This document shows, one piece after another, positions 12,719 to 24,248 of a stretch of 64,000 nt of DNA (positions are counted from its first letter, which is position 1; each line of letters begins with the position of its first letter). The DNA is from Octopus vulgaris (taxonomy: Eukaryota). Location: contig OX597815.1 in NCBI GenBank assembly GCA_951406725.2, positions 1,302,001-1,366,000 of the forward strand, given 5' to 3'. Under the pieces are notes generated by a model. It made no database searches and was not told where the DNA came from. It saw only the letters and a program-made list of their open reading frames with translations. Position numbers and translations under genes: made by a program.

Positions 12719-13272
12719 TTGGGTTGTCTGGAAAGTTTGTGCCGACTTTTAAAGGAAAGAAAAAGGTCAATAAATACTTGCCATTACATTTTTAATCAAC
12801 CGAATATGAACCATTTTGTTGCACAATACGTCTCCATCTTTCCTTTAACTTGAAAATACCCTCTTCCCAGAATTGAGGGGCTTTCATGGCAAAGAATTCA
12901 TCAAGGTATCTTTTTACATCATCCAAGGAATTGAAATTTTTACCATTAAGACTATTCATAAGATATTGATCCAAAGGAGCAATATCTGGTGAATATGGAG
13001 GGTGGGGTAACACATCCCAGCCGAGCTGCAGCAATTTTTGTCTGGTTCCCAAAGTATCAAGTGCCAAAAATGAACTTTCTTATCTTCCATTTTAAAGGGT
13101 TACAGAATTAACACAGGTTATAGGAACATAAACCTTCTTCCACAAAAAAATAGCTTAAACTGTGCTCTAAATGGAGGTGTAGTCAAATCCTATTTTATGG
13201 ACTCAACCATGTTCTAAGATAAGTCGAAAGGTAAGCTACTATAAATCAGTACAAACTTTCCTGACAACCCAA
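12719..13272 (-). mobile_element. Internally deleted mariner (Tc1/mariner) DNA transposon
   Basis: TA flanks, TIRs TTGGGTTGTCTGGAAAGTTTGT / ACAAACTTTCCTGACAACCCAA, transposase C-terminus LGWDVLPHPPYSPDIAP at 12792-13067. Confidence 0.9.
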
Positions 13273-13372
13273 TAATTAACAAAAGCATGGAACGAGCCGC
13301 CAAGCCAGTCTCTCTTGCAAGCGATGGCAATGCTAAGCAATTTTTTCTCTTTTTGAAAAAATTTCAACTCAA

Positions 13373-13784
13373 TAGGCGCAGGAGTGGCTATATGGTAAGT
13401 AGCTTGCTAACCAACCACATGGTTCCGGGTTCAGTCCCACTGCGTGGCATCTTGGGCAAGTGTCTTCTGCTATAGCCCCGGGCCAACCAATGCCTTGTGA
13501 GTGGATTTGGTAGACGGAAACTGAAAGAAGCCTGTTGTATATATGTATATATATATAAGTGTGTGTGTGTATATGTGTGTCTGTGTTTGTCCCCCTAGCA
13601 TTGCTTGACAACCGATGCTGGTGTGTTTACGTCCCCGTCACTTAGCGGTTCGGCAAAAGAGACCGATAGAATAAGTACTGGGCTTACAAAGAATAAGTCC
13701 CGGGGTCGATTTGCTCGACTAAAAGGCGGTGCTCTAGCATGGCTGCAGTCAAATGACTGAAACAAGTAAAAGAGTAAAAGAGAG
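13373..13784 (+). mobile_element. tRNA-derived SINE, family A
   Basis: Near-identical to 116-518. Confidence 0.9.
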
Positions 13785-13842
13785 TTACCCAAACAAAATG
13801 CTTTTCAGATAAAAGCTTTCATCTTCAACTTTCTTTCAACAG

Positions 13843-14048
13843 ATGATCGTATTTTGTCTATAAATGATGTCAGCTTACAAGACAAATACCATCAGCAGGC
13901 CGTGCGCATTCTCCATGATGCAACTGATAGAAGCATCCTTGTTTTGGGTCGAGTTGTTGAAGATGATTCACATGGAACCACTGCTAGTGAGACCCTGGAA
14001 AACAGTGTAGCACCTCTGCAATTTGGTGGAAATATTCCACAACCTAAG
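13843..14048 (+). CDS. PTPN13: PTPN13-like exon, end of 2nd PDZ (NDRILSINDVSLQDKYHQQAVRILHDA)
   Basis: ttctttcaacag acceptor, AAG|gtaaca donor; phase 1-0. Confidence 0.9.
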
Positions 14049-14329
14049 GTAACAATCTCAGCTGACAGGGTCTTGTGTGGAAGAAATGGCATAGAATTGG
14101 GGGATGCAGTTTGGTGTATGACAAACCTGTGATGACGGGGCAGGTGCCTTAAAAGGAACTGGGTCTTCTTTTATGATTCCATTCATGGCATAACTCATGC
14201 AAGGGGAATTGGTAGCTGCAAAAGGGAAAAGCATGAGAGATGTATATATAGGGTGGATGTAAGGGGTGGGTGTGAAGCAGCTGTGACAGCAAGAGTGAGA
14301 CTTGGCTGGGTGAAGTTCAGGGAAGGTGG

Positions 14330-14875
14330 AGCGTTGTTATATGGGAAAAGGTTCCCATTGAAGATGAAAGGAAAGGTCTGTAGGAGTTGCAATGCTGTAT
14401 GGGAGTGAGACATGGTGTCTGAGGGGGGAGAGAGAGAGACGGCAATTTTGAGAAGGACTGAGAGAGAGCAATGGTGAGAGAAATGTGTGGTGTGAAGCTG
14501 TTTGATAAGAGGAGGAGGACTGAGGACTTGATGGGGATGCTGGGGTTGGAGGAATCGGTGGAACGGCTGGCAAGGGCGAATGGAGTGGTGGTGGTGATAT
14601 GGGTATGTGTTGAGGAGGGATGAGGAGCCTGTTCTGAAGAGGATGCTAGAGTTTGAGGTGAATGGTCAGCGGAAGTGGGGTAGACGGAGGAGAATGTGGA
14701 GGGGACAGGTGGAGGAGGAGGAGATTGGGAGGGCTGGCTTGAGAAGGGAGGATGCCCAAAACCAGGCAAGATGGTGAGATGGTGGAGGGGTGGTTGCTAT
14801 GGCATTGAGGTAGATCCGGTCACCCCCATTTACAGGGACAAAACCCGGATTCAGAATGATGGATGGATATATATA
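14330..14875 (+). mobile_element. Decayed RTE-type 3' end (second family); another copy at ~16733-17238
   Basis: VLKRMLEFEVNGQRK.GRPRRMW-like translation; two closely similar direct copies. Confidence 0.65.
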
Positions 14876-14918
14876 TTAGTTCTAAAATCTAAGAGATCAA
14901 CACACTAGTTGTACTTGC

Positions 14919-15113
14919 AAGTAATGTTCGTAGCCACTCCCACATGGCTGTCCATTCGAATGGACTTTACTGCAATTTTTTAACCCCAAGAGGACATCCC
15001 CTCTAGCTGTGCATCATTAACCAGCGAGCGGAAATGTCCTCTTGGGAGTTAAAAAATTGCAGTAAAGTCCATTCGGATGGACAGCCATGTGGGAGTGGCT
15101 CTGGACATTACTT
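14919..15113. repeat. Fold-back (MITE-like) palindrome
   Basis: ~80-bp near-perfect inverted arms around a ~35-bp spacer. Confidence 0.85.
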
Positions 15114-16372
15114 ATGTTGTTAATATCATAAGAATTTATAAAACTTTGTGAGAACATGGAATAATTGTTTTTAAGAATTCGATCTTGAAGTCCATATAAA
15201 ACTATTCAAAGAAATATAAATAATAACCCATTCCAGGGGTGTTTCCAAGCCACTATTTCCATGGCTGTTATTCATAGCTTTATGTGTATTTGAAGATTCT
15301 GTTCCTAAAAAGGATTATTTCAAGTATAGAGGGGTGTGCAAAAGTAGGTGTACAGAAAATATCACATTCATCATCATCATCGTTTAACGTCCGTTTTTCC
15401 ATGCTGACATGGGTTGGACAGTTCGACTGGGGTCTGGGAAGCCAGGAGGCTGCACCAGGCCCCAATCTGATCTGGCAGTGTTTCTACAGCTGGATGCCCT
15501 TCCTAACGCCAACCACTCTGTGAGTGTAGTGGGTGCTTTTTACGCACCACTGGCACGGGGGAGCCAGTCAAGGTGGCACTAGCATCAACCACGTTTTTGT
15601 TATAATACTTAATTCATTAAAATTAATTAGCACATTAAATTAATTAGCCTCATTTTTGATATTTTCACTGCCATTAATCATAATAATACATTTATCATAA
15701 TAATAATAATATTTTTACTGTAACTTAAAATTTTTTGATAGAAATAATGAGTATTGGATGTGAGTTCTTTCTTCTGCCTACCTACTTTTGCACCACCCTG
15801 TATAAATGGGGAACTGCCTAGTGGCCCCGTGGTTAGGGTGTTGCACTCACAAGTGTCAGATCATGGGTTTGATTCCCAGACTGGGTGGGTTGTTTTGTTT
15901 CAGCTTCATTTCATGATACTGTAGTACTGTGTAGGGACCAACATGTCAAAGATTAGACCACCCAACGTTTCTGATGTGTGTTGTAGAAGGGGACTAAAAG
16001 AGGTTGAGGATTTGCACTCCAGCCTTGTAAAACCATGTAAACCAGCAACAACTACCCAAATATACCCATGGGTTGGAGGGTTGTTGCCTGGGTGGTGTAG
16101 AGGCATCATTCACCAAGAGTCGAAGGGAATGGTGGATACAGTGACACGCTCTTACAACACATGCCCCCCCACACACACCACTGCTACTTACTCTTTGTGT
16201 GTGTGTGTGTGTGTGTATGTATGTGTGTGTGACTATATTGTAAACGCAATGTATTATAGAATGAACAACACAAGAAGAACCAAGTTTGACAAATACCATT
16301 CTGTTAGTTTCAGACCATTGGTCAAAGAGAGCCCAAACACGACCATCATGTTTTTTCTGTTTTCCATTGCAG

Positions 16373-16615
16373 GTTGACACTAAATTGGACCCCAACAAAA
16401 CAACGCCTCTTCCAAACCCCACCTCAACAACCCCCATATTGACTTCCCCCTCTCAAGCTACAACTATGGCAAAGACAGCAGAAAAATGTCAAGAGAATTC
16501 AACTCAAGAGTTTATTTCTAAGAAGGAATCACCTGAAACCTTCTGTGATTTACCGAAAACTTACGTTAGTGGAACAAAAGAGAACAAAGTATTTCAAGAA
16601 TCCCCTTCATTAAAG
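16373..16615 (+). CDS. PTPN13: PTPN13-like exon (T/P/S-rich linker)
   Basis: tttccattgcag acceptor, AAG|gttaga donor; phase 0-0, open frame. Confidence 0.75.
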
Positions 16616-17799
16616 GTTAGAATCACATTTTTACCATTTCACAAGAATTGTCCTGGCTTTTTATTAATACACCTTAGTTTGTTTGGTTCTTATTTTAGGA
16701 ATTAATCTTTCATCTCCAGCAGAGACTAATCAAGTTATATGGGCAAAGGTTCTCATTGAAGGACAAAAGGAAAAGTCTATAGGGGTTGTGTGGGGGTGAG
16801 ACATGGTGCCTGAGGGGCGGAGAAAGACGGCAATTTTGAGAAGGACTGAGAGAGAGCAATGGTGAGAGAAATGTGTGACGTGAGGCTGTTTGATAAGAAG
16901 AGGAGGACTGAGGACTTGATGGGGATGCTGAGGTTGGAGGAATCAGTGGAACAGCTGGCAAGGGTGAGTGGAGTGGTGGTGGTATGGGGAGGGATGAGGA
17001 GCCTGTTCTGAAGAGGATGCTAGAGTTTGAGGTGAATGGTCAGCGGAAGTGGGGTAGACCGAGGAGAATGTGGAGGGGACAGGTGGAGGAGGAGGAGATT
17101 GGGAAAGTTGGCTTGAGAAGGGAGGATGCCCAAAACCAGGCAAGATGGCATGATGGAGGGGCGGTTGCTATGGTGGCATTGAGGTAGATCCGGCCACTGA
17201 CAAAACCGGGATTCAAAATGGGGTGGATGGATATATCTAATCAGTGATTTGTTGTATTTCTGACAATGACAAGGGAGTATCTTTAATTTTGTGCTGAACA
17301 AATCTCACAAAGGCCTTTCTTTGAACAATTATCGGTTTTTGCATTTGTTGTTAATTAAGTCAGAGCATCTGAGTTTCGGTTGTTGCAGAGTTTCTAAAAT
17401 GACTTCTTCACAATATTATCAAAGTCATTAAGACAGCAAGTTGGCAGGATTTTGTCCAGCGTTACATCCTTAGTTCAAATGCTGCTGAGGTCACCTTTGC
17501 CTTTTGGGGTTAAACACATCCCCCGAAATTGCTGGCCTTGTGTCAAAACTGGAAACCATTATTAACATCACCAGTTAATGTCCACTTTTCAATGCTGGTA
17601 TGAGTCCGATTGAGTTTATTGAGGCAAGTTTTCTGCAACCAGATGCATTTCCTGCTGTGGACCCTTACTTCACCAGATATATCTTTGTAGACACTGCTTG
17701 TAGAACAGTGACACTCATTTACAGTTCCCATGCAATGTGAAGAAGACAAGGAGATACTAACGTATGCTCACAGTTTCTTTCTCACTCTCTTCCTATTGC

Positions 17800-17999
17800 T
17801 CTTTTACTTGTTTTAGTCATTTGACTGTGGTCATGCTGGAGCACTGACTTTAGTCGAGCAAATCGACCCCAGGACTTATTCTTTGGAAGCCTAGTAATTA
17901 TTCTATCGGTCTCTTTTGCCGAACCGCTAAGTTACGGGGACGTAAACACATCAGCATTAGTTGTCAAGCGATGTTGGGGAGACAAACACAGACACACAA

Positions 18000-18079
<80 letters not shown>

Positions 18080-18250
18080 ATATTACAGGTTTCTTTCAGT
18101 TTCCATCTACCAAATCCACTCACATGGCTTTGGTCGGCCCGGGGCTATAGCAGAAGACTCTTGCCCAAGGTGCCATGCAGTGGCACTGAACCCGGAACCA
18201 TGTGGTTGGGAAGCAAGCTACTTACCACACAGCCACTCCTACACCTATTG
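17800..18250 (-). mobile_element. tRNA-derived SINE, family A
   Basis: Reverse complement of 116-518 with expanded (CA)/(TA) centre. Confidence 0.85.
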
Positions 18251-19123
18251 CACACAGACACACACATAATGGGCTTCTTTCAGTTTCCATTTGCCAAATC
18301 CACTCACAGGGCTTTGGTCAGCCTGCGGCTACAGTAGGAGACACTTGCCCAAGGTACCGTGCAGCTGGACTGAACCTGTTGACTTAAACTAACATTTTTG
18401 GTGGCCATCTGGAAACATGAGAATGTGAAGAGACAGCCTAATGTCCATTTACCATGCTAGCATGGGTTGGACGGTTCGACCCGTGCTAGCACGGAAAGCG
18501 GACGTTAAACGATGATGATGAACAGAACAAGTTGGTTAAAAATTGAAATGTGGCTACAGAATAGCATTTAGTTTTTGGTTAGGACTTCTCTGATTACAAG
18601 AAGTGGCTGAATATATCATGGCATTAATGAAACCAAGCTGTGACACGGTTCAGATGTGATGGAGGTGCAAGGCTCTTTGTAGAAACCTTCAACTCCACCT
18701 TGTTACTTTCAGACAAGTTGGCCACATTTCTTTTTAACTAAATTGCCTAAATTCTCTATGGAGTTCAGGTGAAGCAAAGTACCTGACCAGGGAAACACAA
18801 ATTACCAATGGCTTGTGAGTAGAAGTCAGTAGAGGGATACTGTGTTGAAGCCCTTCACTTGTGTCTTTTGCAGACATTTGTTGTTGAAGGATGTAAAAAT
18901 GTAAACATTAGCAAAAAAAAGGAAAGAAACAAGTGCTGTTCAAAGTCCTTTTCTATATTTGTTCTGCTCTGAGTTACACACACTCCCTTATTACTTTTGT
19001 CATCAGAAGTGCAGTAAAGCCTATTATTATTGTTCAACAATTGTGATATAAAATGACAGAGATGTATCGGGGGGGAGTGAAAAATCTTTATTTTCTCTCA
19101 TGCTTTTTTTTTTTCTGTTGTAG

Positions 19124-19294
19124 GAAGAATGCAACTCTTCAGCAACTTGTGAAGATCACAAGAAATGTTGCCAAGATAAAAATATCTATTTTCCAGACAG
19201 AAATAATGGTGCAATTATAAATAACACAGTGACTCCCAAGGGTTCTAGAAAGGACCCCACACTTTCTGATAGAATCAGCAATGAACTCCTGAAG
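19124..19294 (+). CDS. PTPN13: PTPN13-like exon (linker, EECNSS...NELLK)
   Basis: Poly-T ctgttgtag acceptor, AAG|gtaatt donor; 171 nt, phase 0-0, open. Confidence 0.75.
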
Positions 19295-20394
19295 GTAATT
19301 ATTATTCTAGAGTACAAAGTAGAGTACAGTAAATTCCTAGATATTTTATTATACTAGAATGCTACGCTCTCAGAGTGGTTGGCGTTAGGAAGGGCATCCA
19401 GCTGTAGAAACACTGCCAGATCAGACTGGAGCCTGGTGCAGCCTCCTGGCTTCCCAGACCCCGGTCGAACCATTCAACCCATGCTAGCATGGAAAACAGA
19501 CATTAAACGATGATGATGATGATGAGTACCAAGTAGGTCACAGACCTAAAGCCCCAAACCTTTGTCCCCCTGCACAGATATTGGCAGTGCCAAACACCCT
19601 TCTCCATTAAAACCACAATTGCACCAGTTTGTTCGAGCCTTTTTAGCATTTCAGATCTGCAGCTAAATACTGTTCTGAATCTTGCTGCTGTTGTTAAGCA
19701 ACAAGACGGGTAAGGGTGATTAGGTGATGGTCTAGGGCTTAGGGGCGGGAGAATCCAGACCTTGGAAAAAAAAAAAACTTTGGTCGTCTTGTTGTAGTCA
19801 AGGGCTCTTCGTTGAAGCCCGACATCACTGGGAGGTGGCCCTCAAATCGCTGGAAATGGAGATCTCCAGGTCCAAATTCTTGAACGGCTCTGAATCTTGC
19901 TGCTGGGCTAAGTGAATCTGTTAGCAACAACTTGGACAATCTCATCCACAACAGAAACGGACAAACTCTTTTGGCGCTAGGATGCTGAACAGGATTAGTT
20001 AGATTTTGTTACCATTAGTTAGATTTTGTATCCAACCAACGGCTCTTCTCCCAAACTGGGATGTAACCTGTTACTTGTCCGATTCGGGACTGTTTGGCCA
20101 TGTTGCTTGATTTTCCAAGTTCGACCCTGCTGACCGTTTCCTCTTCCCTGAAGATCTGGCTGGGTCTTGTGGTTGTCGACCACATACCACATGGTCATGG
20201 CAGATGAGGGGATAGAGAGATAAATAGTGGTGATGAGATATCCAGGTGGCACCTCAGGTAGGAAGAGGAGGAGTAGTGGGGTAGACAACAGGAGTGGAGA
20301 AGAGAGGTAGACAGGTGTAGTGCATGAGGAGAGATAATCTGATGGTTCAGTGTGGGGGATGGGGATGGATGGGAGGCCACTGTAATAATAATAA

Positions 20395-20615
20395 GGCGGA
20401 GGGGAGCTGGCAGAAACGTTAGCACGCCGGGCGAAATGCTTAGCGGTATTTCGTCTGCCGTTATGTTGCGAGTTCAAATTCCACCGAGGTCAACTTTGCC
20501 TTTCATCCTTTCGGGGTCGATAAATTAAGTACCAGTTACGCACTGGGGTTGAGTAATCGACTTAATCCGTTTGTCCCCTCTGTGTTTAGCCCCTTGTAGG
20601 TAGTAAAGAAATAGG
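20395..20615 (+). mobile_element. tRNA-derived SINE, family B
   Basis: GAGCTGGCAGAAACGTTAGC...GAGTTCAAATTCC box B; related copies at 26681-27075 (partly tandem) and 33199-33352. Confidence 0.8.
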
Positions 20616-20698
20616 GAGGCCACTGTAATATGTGGGTACATACACCTATGTAAATATTTGGAGTATGTGTATAAATTTTATTGTTTTGCATGTTGAAG

Positions 20699-20920
20699 GT
20701 ACCTGACAGTGTCACCGATGAAAAACTAGGTTTCGATGAGAAAAATACTTCCAAGGATAAATGTCCAAAAAATGAAGAACAATGCAATATTTTGGCTGCC
20801 AATGGCTACAAACCAGACTCCCCAAATGGAAGAATTGAAGTCAAAAGCAACTTTCATTCTACATTATCTGAAGATTGTGGCCAATTTTCCTCGAGTCAAG
20901 AAAAAAAATCTGTGTGTAAG
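20699..20920 (+). CDS. PTPN13: PTPN13-like exon (linker, VPDSVTDEK...SVCK)
   Basis: Acceptor tgttgaag, AAG|gtaaat donor; 222 nt, phase 0-0. Confidence 0.7.
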
Positions 20921-22236
20921 GTAAATGGTTTCTCTTTTTCTTATTCCATCTGTTTGTGTTTTTCCAAGAATTTTGATGGCTGGAGAATTAGACAAGTTAA
21001 AGATGTATCAAAGAATACAAGTTTCAGTCATAGAATTTGGTTAATTCTTTTTGGATGACTCAATATTCCTTATAAATATAAAGAGTTCCAACAATTAGAA
21101 CTGACTGAAAGTCAGCTTCTGTTGCAGAATTTAAGAAATCTGTGGTTTTGGTAAACTGCTTCTACAGCTGCAGTGATAGAATGCCGTCAACAAAGGGGTT
21201 TCTTGCTCAACTGAATAGAAATAGCAGTCAAGTGTCCCTAAGTCACTCTCTACTGTTTTAAATAAAGAAGGACATATTAAATAATGTAGCCCTCCACAGC
21301 TTTCAAAAGATAGGAAGGTCATGGTTGGAATCACCTTGATTATAGATCTTTGACAAACAATAAGATTTGCTACAAAAAAAACCTATTTCCCATCTATTTC
21401 TAGTTTCCTTATACTGTTGCTCTCCACTCTCCATCATTTAATGTATTCTTCCCCTCGTCGCTTCCTCCTCTTCCCTACCCCACTCGTATTTTCCTTGCAA
21501 CCCCCCTCCCCCCACAACCTGAGACTCACCATCACCCTCACCTCCATCCATGTTCTCCATTCACTTTTCTCCTCATCTCTAATGTCTGTCCCTCTAGCAA
21601 ACCCCACCCATCCTTGATTCTCTCCTGTTTTCACCTTCTTCTACCTTGAGGCTATGCCCCGGCACCTCATCTCCACCCTCCTTTCCCCCCCCCCTTTCCT
21701 GCTTGATTACCCACCTGTCTCCTCTACAGCAAAACACCTGTTCCAGTCTCTCGTTCCTACTTCAGCCTCTCTACACCTGGCAGAAAGCCACCCCCTCCCA
21801 AGTCCTGCCCCTCCACTTTGTCAATGGGTCTTAGTCTCTTCTGAGTTGCCTGGTGACCCCACTAGCGTTGGTATCACGAAAAAGGCCCCTAGTACACTGT
21901 AAAGGGGCCCTTCCTTAGGAAGGGCCTCCGGCTACAGAAACTGTGCCAAGGTGGACACTGGGGACCGGCTGGAGTCGGCTGCTGTCCAACCGTCCAACCG
22001 ATGCCAACATGGACATTACAGGATGAAGATGGAAGCCATGAACATCTCTTTTCTGTGTTTTAGGGGGTGGGTGGGGCTGGATTATTTTCTTTCTATTTAT
22101 AGAAAGTCTCCTTTTAGATGTTGGCATCAAGCAAGGAATTCTAAGTATTTCTTTATTGCAATATTCCTTTATTTGTCTGTGTTGTCCCCTTAAACCTCCA
22201 GTCAGGATCGTAATTTCTCACATTTGTGTTTTACAG

Positions 22237-22458
22237 TCAAAACTACACAAAGCAACCTTGGTGAACGCTGACGTCAGTGAGAATCTATCGGAGAGTGTGT
22301 CGGAGACTAACTTGTCTGAGTCGATGAACCATAAAGTTGGTTTCACTTCAGAGGAATCCCTTGAAGGAAACTCAGACACCATGACTGCTGGTGTCAGCAG
22401 TACGAGAAAAACCACAACAGAACAGCAATGTTTGACACAAATGTGTGAAATGGCTGAG
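22237..22458 (+). CDS. PTPN13: PTPN13-like exon (S/E-rich linker)
   Basis: gttttacag acceptor, GAG|gtaggt donor; 222 nt, phase 0-0. Confidence 0.75.
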
Positions 22459-23300
22459 GTAGGTGAAGAATATATAATCTGCATCTCACGTTCATACCCC
22501 CCCCCGCCTCCTCCTTGGCATGTGTTACACACACACACACACATAACACTGCTGAAACTAACAATTTTGTGGTGACCTCACTTGAACACACACACATGTA
22601 TGCAGATGATGATGATGATGATATATATATATATATTGTAGGTGCAGGCATGTGCCAGCGCTCCCTGACTGGCTCTTGTGCCTGTGGCACGTAAAAAGCA
22701 CCATCCAAATGTGGTTGATGCCAGACCCCCCCTGGCACCTGTGCTGGTGGCACGTAAAAAGCACCCACTACACTCTTGGAGTGGTTGGCATTAGGAAGGG
22801 CATCCAGCTGTAGAAACCTTGCCAGATCAGATTGGAGCCTGGTGCAGCCTCCCGGCTTGCCAGACCCCAGTCAAACTGTCCAACCCATGCCAGCATGGAA
22901 AGCGGACATTAAACGATGATGATAATGAGGAGGAGGAGGAGGCATGGCTGTGTGGTCAGGAAGCTTGCTTCCCAACCATATGTTTTCAGATTCGGTCCCA
23001 GTGTGTGGCACCCTGGGCAAGTGTCTTCTGCTATAGCTTCAGGCCAACCAAAACCTTGAACTTCCTGTTGTATGTGTACATGTTTGTGTAAGTGCTTGTG
23101 CCACCGAGGTTGTATATATAACTGTATGATAATATATATTCTCTGGTTTGAAGTGACAACAATTTTTAAATACAAACAAACAACCGAAAAAAGAAGAGCT
23201 AACCCTAGCCAGAATCAAACCCACAAATCAATACTTATATGGCTCCCTGTGCATCCAGTTGGGCCAAATGCTCCACTCACCCTATATATATATATATATA

Positions 23301-23790
23301 CTAGCAGTATCGCCCGGCGTTGCTCGGGTTTGTAAGGGAAATAACTATATAAGCATTTTTAGAGAGTTACTTCCCTTATAGATGCCAATTCGGGCTTTCT
23401 TAGCCATTTCTGTTTTGGTGTCTTCAAGCCATGAAGTTGTTGTTCTAAAGGAATGCTGGTCTCCTTGACAACGCTTTACGACATTGATTTCCTTACACTC
23501 CCTTCCCCACAGCTTCACGAGGGAGGGAAGAAGGGGGAGAAGCAAACAGGTGCAGGTGTGACCATGGACGCCAACTCCGCCGCCATCGACACACGATGCA
23601 TTAAAATGGAATAAAAAAATGATGTTAAATTATTTTTAAAATCGTAGACTCATCGTAGACGCGCGCTAATAGTCAGACGGGCTCGATATGAATCACGACT
23701 ATAAGATACCCGAATTTGGTTAAACTGCACCGCAAAATGTGGGAGTAGTTAGGAATCTAAATCGAAGGGGACAGACACTCACACAACTAC
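23301..23790 (-). mobile_element. Non-autonomous Helitron-like element in (TA)n
   Basis: Minus strand 3' end: hairpin CCCGAGCAACGCCGGG shortly before terminal CTAG, followed by T. Confidence 0.65.
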
Positions 23791-23871
23791 ATATATATAT
23801 ATATACCGGAGTAAACACATAAATGTGAAACAAGGTGGAAAAAAGAGTACTCAAATACCAGTGGTAGAGTA

Positions 23872-24021
23872 ATATGCTTTATTTTAAGCAGCAGAAAATT
23901 CAACAAAACCTGTTACTCTGAGTTTCCCATTGCCGTTCATCGGACAGTTTTTGCAATGGCAACAGGAAACTCAGAGTAACAGGTTTTGTTGAAATTTTCT
24001 GCTGCTTTAAATAAAGTATAT
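23872..24021. mobile_element. Fold-back element with hammerhead motif (minus strand 23910-23947)
   Basis: ~65-bp inverted arms; CTGT-CCGATGA-ACGGCAATGG-GAAAC-TCAGA-GTA-ACAG. Confidence 0.65.
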
Positions 24022-24033
24022 ATATATATATAT

Positions 24034-24248
24034 AAATCCTAATTGAGGGAATGGAGCAGGTAAAATTCAGGCTACATATGTTTCCTAGCTTGCAGATCCC
24101 TCAAAATTAATAATTATTCATTGAGGGTACTTTGGCTTGATGAGCTGTTAGTGGTGTACCCCTCGTTGAGTAATTATTACTTCTGAGGATCTGTTAGCTA
24201 GGGAACATGTGTAGCCTGGATTTTACCTGCTTCCTTCAATTTGGATTT
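24034..24248. mobile_element. Imperfect fold-back element with degenerate hammerhead
   Basis: Inverted arms GCAGGTAAAATTCAGGCTACATATG / CATGTGTAGCCTGGATTTTACCTGC; GGC-TTGATGA...GGAAC-ATGT-GTA-GCC. Confidence 0.55.

Noticed and set aside
16290-16330. GACC-AAT-GGTC hairpin followed by GAAAC on minus strand
   Set aside because: No CUGANGA core upstream, so not called a hammerhead
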